NCBI GenBank assembly: GCA_040954595.2
Contig: CM082586.2
Location: forward strand, 11,625,337 to 11,689,336
Direction: 5' to 3'
DNA: 64,000 nucleotides
From: Balanoglossus misakiensis
Lineage: Eukaryota; Animalia; Hemichordata
In this document: positions 48,701-60,674 of the stretch, in pieces
Position numbering within the stretch: the stretch's first letter is position 1
Layout: the number at the start of each line of letters is the position of its first letter
Position numbers and translations under genes: made by a program
The notes under the pieces: model-generated
What the model was told of the DNA's origin: nothing
The model's database searches: none
Seen by the model: only the letters and a program-made list of their open reading frames with translations

Positions 48701-50044
48701 TTGGTCAAAACGGTAAATTTTTGAAAATTACAAAAAATACCTGTTTTCTACATTTTCGGAAATCTGATGGAGTATAGATTGCTCTTCGTATGTATATATC
48801 GATACAAATTCCACAAAAGACCGTCTAATTTGGCTCACTGCAGACAAAATTGCGTTTTACCAAATTTTCCTTGAAAATGTCATTTTTAGAAGAAAAAAAA
48901 ATTAAAAAAACCTTTGTTCTTCGAATTTGGTGCCCTGATCATATATGACATGTTGATTGTATGTTAAAACTTTAGACCACTCCAAAAATGCAGATATATT
49001 GACGGAATTCAAGAAAAAATAGCCATTTTGGCCATATTTTGACAAAAATGGTAAATTTTTAAAAAATCATAAAAAATTAAATCTTTTCTTCATTTTCGGA
49101 AATATTATGGAGCATGAAGTGTCGTTCTCTTGCAAAAAGTGCTGCAAATTCCAGAAAAGGCGGTATAATTTGAATCACCCAAGACAAAATTACCATTTTC
49201 AACTTTTTTTCGAAAAATTGTCTTTTTTACAAAATAAATAAGAATAAATTCTTTTCTTAGTTTCAAACGGGTAGAGATACTTTTCACACGGGTTTTCTAA
49301 CATTGAATTCCCGTGCATCAACTCAGATTTCCTACAGCATAAGTCGGCTAAAACCCTGACACTCTAGAGCAGAAACAGTTGCACACTGGTAACGTTGAAC
49401 AAGTCGATTTTTCTACGGCCTGGCTCGGCTAAATCTCCGTCACAATATTACAGACACTAGCGTACGTTAGCAACGGTGATCAAGTCAGATTTTCTACGGC
49501 ATGGCTTGGATAAAGCCCCGGCACTCTAGAGCAGAAACACCCGTACAGAGACCACGTTGATCAAGTCTGATCTCCTACGGCTTGGCTCGACTAAAACCCC
49601 GGCACACTATGACAGACACTAGCGTTCGTTAGCAACGTTGATCAAGTCAGATTTCCTACGGCATGGCTTGGCTAAAGCCCTGGCACTCTAGAGCAGAAAC
49701 ACGCGTACAGAGACCACGTTGATCTACTCACATTTCCTTCGGCCTGGCACGGCTCATGCCCCGGCACTATATATAGGACACAGACTGGCGTAAGTTAACA
49801 ACGGTAATCACGTCGGGTTTACTACGGCCTGGCTCAGCTGAAGCCCCGGCATTCCAGAGCAGAAACAGGCGTACCTTGACCACGTTGATCAAGTCAGATT
49901 TCCTACGGCGTGACTCGGCTGGTGCACCGGCTCTATATGACACAGACTGGCGTAATTTTTTTTTTTTTTTTTTTTTTTTATCTTTTATTAAAAAAACTTT
50001 CAGTGTTACATTAACATATCAAAAAAAAGAAACCAACCGAAAAC

Positions 50045-53000
50045 TCACATCATAGATATAATAGCTTCAAAAATTCTTGCACTTTCTGAATTATTGCATA
50101 TTTCCTTGTATACCTTGTATCTCAATATGAATTCGTATTTTACTAGCACCATTAAAGGTGCTCTGGTTTCACTTAGCCAGTATTTATGTATACTCCATTT
50201 GCAAACTAAAATCAATAAATTTACAATATTTTCTTCAGATTTCGAAAGCATAACACTTCTAATGCAATTGAAAATTATATGAGCGCTTTGTAAAACAAAA
50301 TCTTTACAAAAAAGTTGCCGAATTATGCGCTCGATTTTTGCCCAAAGTGATGTGGCTATAGTACAACGCACGTACTTGTGCTCAAGAGACTCTGGTATCT
50401 TACTAAGTTCACAATCCACACTGCTGATCTTATTCCAATAAAACAAATACTTATTACATGGCAACAACCTGTGTAAAAGTTTCCATTGAAATTCCCGCAA
50501 CTTTGTTTCCTTAGTTATTGCGTGTATGTTCTTCCAGACCGTTTCACTTTCTTTTGTAGTCTGGTTTGGTACCTCCAGCAATGTGTACCATTTGTTAAGT
50601 TTATCCACTTTTGGACTCCTTTGTGGAATGTTCGCATAAATGGCTTTACACGTAACGTTATTGATGGAAATCCAGTGTTTTCCATCCCAAATACCGTATT
50701 TACAATTTTTCAAGGATTTGTAGAAAAAGTTAAACTTGCTACACCATTTCAAAATTACATTTCTGTTTCCTTTGATGTTTTCACTTGCACTGTACCACGC
50801 ATTTAAAACCTTGACGTAAAATTCAGGGATCGCAGACTCTAAAGCCTTTGGTAGTGATTCCCAGAAAATGTTGTGCTGAATAAGATTACATGACTGAAGG
50901 TCATCCATTTGTAAATAATGCCATGGTATAGCAGACCAAGTGTTGCCTTTACACAAGACCAGTCTCTTGACCCATACTGCATAAAGAGGATCAACTTGCT
51001 TGTCTAAGTTGACACATCTGATGCCACCTTTGTCATAATCACTCTGAAGTATTACATTGCTTATATTTCGTTTTCTTCTTATAAAACCATCAATTAGCTT
51101 TCGAACAACACACTTAATGCCTTCAGGTATTCCAATCACTGATGTCAAAAACAAAATCTGTGAAATTGCAAAAACCTTCGTAATCATCACTCTCCCATAA
51201 AACGTAAGCCTTCTCCTTTCCCACATTTGTAGCACCTTTTTCAGTTTATCAATCTTAGGCTCCGAGTTAAGTTTGTTACATTTCTCAGTGTCATAGCCAA
51301 AATACACACCAAGCGTTTTGATGGGCTCATTTGTCCATTCAACATTTCCCATTTTCTTTTCACTATTTCTGTTTTTTCCAACCCACATTGCCTTCGTTTT
51401 CTTGTTGCTCATTTTTAAACCACCACACTGATGAAAATCATCCATAACTTTAAAAACATTTTCTAATGACCGACCATCCCTTGTAAAAATAGTGGTGTCG
51501 TCGGCAAATAATGAAATCTTCGCTGTATTATTACCATATAAGGGGATCCCGTTGATCTCCCCGTGTTGTCTTATTTTACATGCAAGTACTTCGATCACAA
51601 GTAAAAACAATAAAGCCGAGAGGGAACATCCCTGTCGAACACCTCTATGTAATGAAAAGTATCCAGAGCACCATCCCTTATAAACAATACAACTAGAAAT
51701 ATTACTATATAAAACTTCAATCCAGCGTATAAAGCCTGGACCAAAATTCATCTTTTTAAGCACGCTATACAAAAATTTCCAATTTACACTGTCAAACGCT
51801 TTCTCATAATCTACAAAAAGGATCGCTCCTTCCAAACGCCGCTTTTTAGTGTAGTCTAGAACATCGGAGATCAGGCGAATGTTTTCTCCAATAAAACGGC
51901 CTTTCATATAGCCTGTCTGATCTCTATGGATAATTGTAGGTAAAACACATTTGAGTCTGTTTGATAATGCCTTAGTGGCAATTTTGTAGTCAATGTTTAA
52001 AAGCGACACAGGCCTCCAATTATTCAAGTCATTTTCATCTCCCTTTTTATACAACAATGTAATAATACCTCTTTTTTGTGTAGCAGAAAGTTCCCCTGAC
52101 GACCAGGCTTCATTGAGAGATGAAGTGACAAATGTTTTTATTTCTGACCAAAAGAAAAGAAAAAATTCGACCGAAAGTCCATCACATCCCGGAGACTTGT
52201 TAGCTGCCATGGTCTTCAAAGCGCGCAAACATTCCCTTTCCGTTAAATTACCTTCGCACTGTTCACTTTGTAGAGCTGTTAGTCCTGGTAAACTGCTATT
52301 TTCCAAAAAATCGTCAATCGACTGATGGCAACATTTTCGCTGATAGATCGTCTCGTAGAATTCTCTTTGTTCCCGCAGAATCTCGTCCGTTTTTGTCACA
52401 CACTTTCCACTTCTGGTCACCAGCTCCTTAATTTCCTTTTTTCCTGCATTTCGCTTTTCTAATGATAAAAATACTTGGTATTCCTTTCTCCCTTTTCCAC
52501 CCACGCTGCACGCGATCTTATCTGCGCACCTTCAGCGAGTATGTTGTAAATATTCTCAAGGCGTTGTTTGGTTTCACTGTATTTCCGTATATTTTCATCT
52601 GATGGATTCACCAGCATATTTCTTTCATCCGCTTTTAGCTGTTGCTCAAGCTTCGGTATTTCCTTATTGTGATCTTTTGTTCCATACCTTGTAAATTCCA
52701 ATGCATATTCTTTAATTTCTTTCTTCATGATGTCCCATTTCATCCGATTATTTTCGAATGTCTTCTCACCACACTCTCTGATTACAGATTTGACTCCGTT
52801 GACAAAGCCTTCATTTTTTAAAAGCCTATTGTTCAGTTTCCATGTACCAGGCCCTCTACAATCTGAAGCGGTCTGCAATTCCACGTAAACAGCCATATGA
52901 TCTGTGTGTACAGCAGGACGAATATCCGATTTTTTGACATTCTTGACGAGGTGCTTTGAGATAAAAACATAATCTAGTCGGCTATGAGTCGGTGATGGGG

Positions 53001-53601
53001 CCAATCTTCGCCAAGTAAACTGCCGTTGCCCAGGGTGGAAATTCCTCCAAACATCAATAAGTTGAAACTGATTACAAAAACTACGTAAGACTCTTCTTGA
53101 TCCATCATGTGATTGCCGTGATTTCACACTTGACGCTCTGTCCAAAGTGTCGTTGAGTGCACAATTGAAGTCGCCTGCTATAAAAAGATTTTCGTAATAG
53201 CAGTGCGTGTCAACCAGGCCAGCTAGATCTTTCAAGAATTCCGTTCTTTGTTTCACGAGATTCGGGGCATAAACACTACAAATTGAAAGCTTAACACCTA
53301 CAAGGCTACCGTTTATTATGCAAATTCTTCCGAAGTCGTCATTCCACACGGAATCAATGGTGAGGTCACATCTGCGCTCAATCAATATTGCCGTTCCTCT
53401 GCTATAATTGTCACCTTTCGAGAAGAATACTTTCCCTCCCCATTCTTTCTCCCAAGTGTCAATGTCTGTTCCATTTCCATGCAACTCTTGTAAAATCGCG
53501 ATACTCGTTTTTTGGAGTTTTAGCCAGCGATATATACAGTTCCTTTTCGTTTTGTCTTTGAAACCCCTGACATTCAGGGTAACTAACTTCAGCGCTGCCA
53601 T
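50045..53601 (-). pseudogene. Tx1 ORF2 with a single frameshift at ~52470 between the endonuclease and RT
   Basis: ORFs 52459-53601 (..WVEKGERNTKYF) and 50045-52504 (LSLEKRN..) join if one T is added to a T5 run. Confidence 0.92.
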
Positions 53602-54773
53602 CAGTAGCCTTTGATTCTGACTTGCTGCTGCTGCTTTCGACTTCTTTTACGTTTTTTCTTATTTTCTTTGCTTTGGGTCAATGACAACAGTGGTGGCGAT
53701 TCAGCAGACAATTCAGAGAAATTTTCTCTTGATGTGTCATAACGCCGGTCCTCGCCACCTTCAATATCCGTTACATCACCTTCACTGACACTAGTATCGT
53801 TTTGTCTATCGTCTCTGTTCTCTTTTAAGAACGCTAAAATTGAGCTTTGTGATTTAACGCTCGAGCTCGAGGGCTCAGGTGCTTTGTTTGCCAGACTTTG
53901 CGGTTTCTCAACACGGTCTTCGTCCCCCGTTTCACGCCTGGATGTTCCTTGTAACGGTGTGCTGTCACTTTCTAGTCTCGATACCGCATCGGCAGGATTC
54001 GTAGACCTTTTCTGCATTGTGTATTTGGTGGACTGAGACGTTAATTCTTCGTGTACCTGAGAAGTCATACAATTTCTTGCAATATGCCCCTCTCTTTTAC
54101 AGAGTCTGCATTTGATTTGTCCAGTGCAATTGTACGCAGTATGTCCCTCCTCTAAGCATTTGCCGCATCGTGGCTGCGTCTCCGCTGTGGATTGCTTATA
54201 AATAATCTTCGCGTAAAATGCACCGATCTTAACCTGAGCTGGTAATGGTGTCTTTGGTTTTTCGATGAACACAGTTCGATCCCCATTAAGAATGTTTGTC
54301 AACTTGCCTTCTAACCTCCATTTCTGTCTGGATATATCTGTTTTGAGCTTACAGCCCAAACCAGTAAGTGTAGCGGCGATAGCATCATCATCGTGTGACA
54401 ATGGTAGATCTTTTATCGTTAATCTTAACCAATCTTCATGAAACTCTCTTCGGAAGGGATTTCGCCCCCACAGCTCTATCGACTTCCCGCGTAGTGTGAG
54501 TCCATGTTGTAACAAAATTGTCCGGTCTGCTTCGTCATTCATATAAATACGCCACAGACCTCTTATCCGTTGCAACCCTTCCAAGCTGCCGATGGTGACA
54601 ACTTCTGAAACGGCTGCTATAATTTCCTCACCTCTTAGCCATTGATTACTGTCCCTGGGAACTATGTCCGACTGCTTCAGAAAGACGGGTAGAACTCCTA
54701 CTTCACCGTCTTTGTCTTGCAGGCGTTTGGTCGTCACCACCTGCGCATAACTGGCTTTGTCTCTGACGGCCAT
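53601..54773 (-). CDS. Tx1 ORF1 protein, intact (390 aa, two CCHC knuckles, basic C-terminus)
   Basis: ATG-initiated ORF with an N-terminal ASYAQVV motif. Its stop overlaps the ORF2 start (TGATG). Confidence 0.9.
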   Translation of the reverse strand: MAVRDKASYAQVVTTKRLQDKDGEVGVLPVFLKQSDIVPRDSNQWLRGEEIIAAVSEVVTIGSLEGLQRIRGLWRIYMNDEADRTILLQHGLTLRGKSIELWGRNPFRREFHEDWLRLTIKDLPLSHDDDAIAATLTGLGCKLKTDISRQKWRLEGKLTNILNGDRTVFIEKPKTPLPAQVKIGAFYAKIIYKQSTAETQPRCGKCLEEGHTAYNCTGQIKCRLCKREGHIARNCMTSQVHEELTSQSTKYTMQKRSTNPADAVSRLESDSTPLQGTSRRETGDEDRVEKPQSLANKAPEPSSSSVKSQSSILAFLKENRDDRQNDTSVSEGDVTDIEGGEDRRYDTSRENFSELSAESPPLLSLTQSKENKKKRKRSRKQQQQVRIKGY

Positions 54774-57700
54774 GCTTGCTCGAGACCACGAAAACTAGCA
54801 AAATGTCTTTCTTCTGAGAATCAAAATGCTTCTTTGCTCTCGAGTTAGCTGCAAGTATCTATCCAAAAGCATATACCTTCAGTTTCGCCACAAAATTCAC
54901 CGATTTCACGTGAAAAAACGATGAAAACTCTGAGCGTGCTAGAAATCTGCTTCCGTAGATGGCTGACTCTAGCGCCCTCCATCCAGACTGGCGTAAGTTA
55001 TCAACGGTGATTACGTCGGATTTCCTACGGCCTGGTTTAGCTGAAGCCCCGGCACTTTAGAGCGGAAACACGCGTACATTGACCACGATGATCAAGTCAG
55101 ATCTCCTACGGCCTGGCTCGACTAAAACCCCGGCACACCATGACAGACACTAGCGTTCGTTAGCAACGGTGATCAAGTCGGATTTCCTTCGGCCTGGCTC
55201 TGCAAAAGACCCGACACTCTAGTACAAAGACGTTGGCTAAGTCGGGCAAACCGAAGAGGGGAAGTCACAGCGGGTCAACACTCGACATTTGTTCGGGTAG
55301 GACTGCATTATTGCCTGTCAATTTATAGAGAAAGCCCGAATTTAACCAGGGCGTTTCAAACACCGACGTTAGTTGGGGGGGGGGGGGGGCACGGCCTGCA
55401 GTACTGCCGGGTAAGCTGACATCGGCGTACCGCATATAATGTAGGGGGGGGAACAGAACGGTTCAATACTACATTTATTAGATATCAGCTAATTTTGGAC
55501 AATCATCTAAAATCTAAATCATTTTTTCATATTTGGATACCTGATGATGTATGAAATTTCCATTATATGTAAAGATGGTGCTGATTATAAAAAATGCACT
55601 CTGAATGAGCTGATTTAATACAAAATTGCGTTTTATTCGTTTTTGCACCAAAAAGGTCATTTTTAGGCCAAACATTCTTTATTTTTTTAAATTCGGTGAC
55701 CTGATCATATATAAACAATTGCTTGTATGTTAAAAGTTTTTATGACTTTTAAAAGCAGTGACACTGGCGGCATTCAACACGAAAATAACAATTTTAGCCA
55801 TAATTTGGTCAAAATGGTAAATTTTTGAAAATTACAAAAAATACCTGTTTTCTACATTTTCGGAAATCTGATGGAGTATAGAATGCTCTTCGTATGTATA
55901 TATCGATACAAATTCCACAAAAGACCGTCTAATTTGGCTCACTGCAGACAAAATTGCGTTTTACCAAATTTTCCTTGAAAATGTCATTTTTAGAAAAAAT
56001 AATAAAAAACCTTTGTTCTTCGAATTTAGTGCCTGATCATATATGACATGTTGATTGTATGTTAAAACTTTCGACCACTCCAAAAATGCAGAGATATTGA
56101 CGGAATTCAAGAAAAAATAGCCATTTTGGCCATATTTTGACAAAAATGGTAATTTTTTAAAAAATCATAAAAAATTAACTCTTTTCTTCATTTTCGGAAA
56201 TATTATGGAGCATGAAGTGTCGTTCTCTTGTAAAAAGTGCTGCAAATTCCAGAAAAGGCGGTATAATTTGAATGACCCAAGACAAAATTACCATTTTCGA
56301 CTTTTTTTCGAAAAATTGTCTTGTTTTACAAAATAAATAAGAATAAATTCTTTTCTTAGTTTCAAACGGGTAGAGATACTTTACACACGGGTTTTCTAAC
56401 ATTGAATTCCCGTTCATCAACTCAGATTTCCTACAGCACAAGTCGGCTAAAACCCTGACACTCTAGAGCAGAAACAGTTGCACACTGGTAACGTTGAAAA
56501 AGTCGATTTTTCTATGGCCTGGCTCGGCTAAATCTCCGTCACAATATGACAGACACTAGCGTAAGTTAGCAACGGTGATCAAGTCAGATTTTCTACGGCA
56601 TAGCTCGGATAAAGCCCCGGCACTCTAGAGCAGAAACACGCGTACAGAGACCACGTTGATCAAGTCTGATCTCCTACGGCTTGGCTCGACTAAAACCCCG
56701 ACACACTATGACAGACACTAGCGTTCGTTAGCAACGTTGATCAAGTCAGATTTCCTACGGCATGGCTTGGCTAAAGCCCTGGCACTCTAGAGCAGAAACA
56801 CGCGTACAGAGACCACGTTGATCTACTCACATTTCCTTCGGCCTGGCACGGCTGATGCCCCGGCATTATATATAGGACACAGACTGGCGTAAGTTAACAA
56901 CGGTAATCACGTCGGGTTTCCTACGGCCTGGCTCAGATGAAGCCCCGGCACTCTAGAGCAGAAACAGGCGTACAGTGACCACGTTGATCAAGTCAGATTT
57001 CCTACGGCGTGACTCGGCTGGTGCACCGGCTCTATATGACACAGACTGGCGTAAGTTATCAACGGTGATTACGTCGGATTTCCTACGGCCTGGTTTAGCT
57101 GAAGCCCCGGCACTTTAGAGCGGAAACACGCGTACATTGACCACGATGATCAAGTCAGATCTCCTACGGCCTGGCTCGACTAAACCCCGGCACACCATGA
57201 CAGACACTAGCGTTCGTTAGCAACGGTGATCAAGTCGGATTTCCTTCGGCCTGGCTCTGCAAAAGACCCGACACATTAGTACAAAGACGTTGGCTAAGTC
57301 GGGCAAACCGAAGAGGGAAAGTCACAGCCGGTCAACACTCGACATTTGGTCGGGTAGGACTGCATTATTGCCTGTCAATTTATAGAGAAAGCCCGAATTT
57401 AACCAGGGCGTTTCAAACACCGACGTTAGTTGGGGGCACGGCCTGCAGTACTGCCGGGTAAGCTGACATCGGCGTACCGCATATAATGTAGGGGGGGGGG
57501 GGACAGAACGGTTCATTACTACATTTATTAAATATCAGCTAATTTTGGACAATCATCTAAAATCTAAATCATTTTTTCATATTTGGATATCTGATGATGT
57601 ATGAAATTTCCATTATATGTAAAAATGGTGCTGATTATAAAAAATGCACTCTGAATGAGCTGATTTAATACAAAATTGCGTTTTATTCGTTTTTGCACCA

Positions 57701-60487
57701 AAAAGGTCATTTTTAGGCAAAACATTCTTTATTTTTTTAATTCGGTGACCGGATCATATATAAACAATTGCTTGTATGTTGAAAATTTTTATGACTTTTA
57801 AAAGCAGTGACACTGGCGGCATTCAACACGAAAATAACAATTTTAGCCACAATTTGGTCAAAATGGTAAATTTTTGAAAATTACAAAAAATACATGTTTT
57901 CTACATTTTCGGAAATCTGATGGAGTATAGAATGCTCTTCGTATGTATATATCGATACAAATTCCACAAAAGACCGTCTAATTTGGCTCACTGCAGACAA
58001 AATTGCGTTTTACCAAATTTTCCTTGAAAATGTCATTTTTAGAAAAAAAATAAGAATAAATTCTTTTCTTAGTTTCAAACGGGTAGAGATACTTTCCACA
58101 CGGGTTTTCTAACATTGAATTCCCGTTCATCAACTCAGATTTCCTACAGCATAAGTCGGCTAAAACCCTGAGACTTTAGAGCAGAAACAGTTGCACACTG
58201 GTAACGTTGAACAAGTCGATTTTTCTACGGCCTGGCTCGGCTAAATCTCCGTCACAATATGACAGACACTATCGTACGTTAGCAACGGTGATCAAGTCAG
58301 ATTTTCTACGGCATGGCTTGGATAAAGCCCCGGCACTCTAGAGCAGAAACACGCGTACAGAGACCACGTTGATCTACTCACATTTCCTTCGGCCTGGCAC
58401 GGCTGATGCCCCGGCACTATATATAGGACACAGACTGGCGTAAGTTAACAACGGTAATCACGTCGGGTTTCCTACGGCCTGGCTCAGCTGAAGCCCCGGC
58501 ACTCTAGAGCAGAAACAGGCGTACATTGACCACGTTGATCAAGTCAGATTTCCTACGGCGTGACTCGGCTGGTGCACCGGCTCTATATGACACAGACTGG
58601 CGTAAGTTATCAACGGTGATAACGTCGGATTTCCTACGGCATGGTTTAGCTAAAGCCCCGGCACTTTAGAGCAGAAACAGGCGTACATTGACCACGTTGA
58701 TCAAGTCAGATTTCCTACGGCGTGACTCGGCTGGTGCACCGGCTCTATATGACACAGACTGGCGTGAGTTATCAACGGTGATTACGCCGGATTTCCTACG
58801 GCATGGTTTAGCTGAAGCCCCGGCACTTTAGAGCGGAAACACGCGTACATTGACCACGATGATCAAGTCAGATCTCCTACGGCCTGGCTCGACTAAAACC
58901 CCGGCACACCATGACAGACACTAGCGTTCGTTAGCAACGGTGATCAAGTCGGATTTCCTTCGGCCTGGCTCTGCAAAAGACCCGACACATTAGTACAAAG
59001 ACGTTGGCTAAGTCGGGCAAACCGAAGAGGGAAAGTCACAGCGGGTCAACACTCGACATTTGTTCGGGTAGGACTGCATTATTGCCTGTCAATTTATAGA
59101 GAAAGCCCGAATTTAACCAGGGCGTTTCAAACACCGACGTTATTTGGGGGCACGGCCTGCAGTACTGCCGGGTAAGCTGACATCGGCGTACCGCATATAA
59201 TGTAGGGGGGGGGACAGAACGGTTCAATACTACATTTATTAGATATCAGCTAATTTTGGACAATCATCTAAAATCTAAATCATTTTTTCATATTTGGATA
59301 TCTGATGATGTATGAAATTTCCATTATATGTAAAAATGGTGCTGATTATAAAAAATGCACTCTGAATGAGCTGATTGAATACAAAATTGCGTTTTATTCG
59401 TTTTTGCACCAAAAAGGTCATTTTTAGGCAAAACATTCTTTATTTTTTTAATTCGGTGACCTGATCATATATAAGCAATTGCTTGCATGTTAAAAGTTTT
59501 TATGACTTTTAAAAGCAGTGACACTGGCGGCATTCAACACGAAAATAACAATTTTAACCACAATTTGGTCAAAATGGTAAATTTTTGAAAATTACAAAAA
59601 ATACCTGTTTTCTACATTTTCGGAAATCTGATGGAGTATAGAATGCTCTTCGTATATATATATCGATACCAATTCCACAAAAGACCATCTAATTTGGCTC
59701 ACTGCAGACAAAATTGCGTTTTACCAAATTTTCCTTGAAAATGTCATTTTTAGAAAAATAAAATAAAAAAACCTTCGTTCTTTGAATTTGGTGCCCTCAT
59801 CATATATGACATGTTGATTGTATGTTAAAACTTTCGACCACTCCAAAAATGCAGAGATATTGACGGAATTCAAGAAAAAATAGCCATTTTGGCCATATTT
59901 TGACAAAATGGTAAATTTTTAAAAAATCATAAAAAATAAAACTCTTTTCTGCATTTTCGGAAATATTATGGAGCATGAAGTGTCGTTCTCTTGTAAAAAG
60001 TGCTGCAAATTCCAGAAAATGTGGTATAATTTGAATCACCCAAGACAAAATTACCATTTTCGACTTGTTTTCGAAAAATTGTCTTTTTTACAAAATAAAT
60101 AAGAATAAATTCTTTTCTTAGTTTCAAACGGGTAGAGATACTTTCCACACGGGTTTTCTAACATTGAATTCCCGTTCATCAACTCAGATTTCCTATAGCA
60201 TAAGTCGGCTAAAACCCAGACACTCTAGAGAAGAAACAGTTGCACACTGGTAACGTTGAACAAGTCGATTTTTCTACGGCCTGGCTCGGCTAAATCTCCG
60301 TCACAATATGACAGACACTAGCGTACGTTAGCAACGGTGATCAAGTCAGATTTTCTACGGCATGGCTTGGATAAAGCCCCGGCACTCTAGAGCAGAAACA
60401 CGCGTACAGAGACCACGTTGATGAAGTCTGATCTCCTACGGCTTGGCTCGACTAAAACCCCGGCACACTATGACAGACACTAGCGTT

Positions 60488-60674
60488 ATTATTATTATTA
60501 TTATTAAGAATTGTTTAAAATGCGCTACACATACGTCTCAGCGCATTGTGCACAGCTAAAACAGTAGATTAAAAAATACAAGGCTGGTAAAAATAGTTAA
60601 AAGGACACAATCGAACACGTTACACATAAAACCGAGTAAAAAGGTATGTTTTCAAATTACGCTTAAAAATATTG
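60488..60674 (-). mobile_element. Extremely 5'-truncated L2-type LINE (second family) inserted in an 81-mer
   Basis: TSD AGCGTT (60482-60487, 60675-60680). The minus strand encodes NIFKRNLKTYLFTRFYV*, followed by a stem TGCGCT...AGCGCA and a (TAA)n tail. Confidence 0.85.

Larger units (their letters stand above)
49956..54983 (-). mobile_element. Full-length Tx1/L1-clade LINE, copy 2 (mirror of copy 1)
   Basis: TSD CAGACTGGCGTAA at 49943-49955 and 54984-54996, a ~24-nt poly(T), and the same 5' end GATGGAGGGCG. Confidence 0.95.
13900..56000. repeat. Giant inverted duplication (arms >22 kb and >18 kb; spacer 36965-37622)
   Basis: Mirror-image landmarks: Tx1 14883/54983 and 19881/49956; BEL-B 29316/42711 and ~30752/~41275; BEL-A LTR 33517/40639; junction 36964/37623. 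The outer limits are blurred by satellite. Confidence 0.93.

Noticed and set aside
14883-54983. Two independent site-specific Tx1 insertions
   Set aside because: Identical ends, a shared frameshift and shared private flank variants indicate duplication of one insertion.
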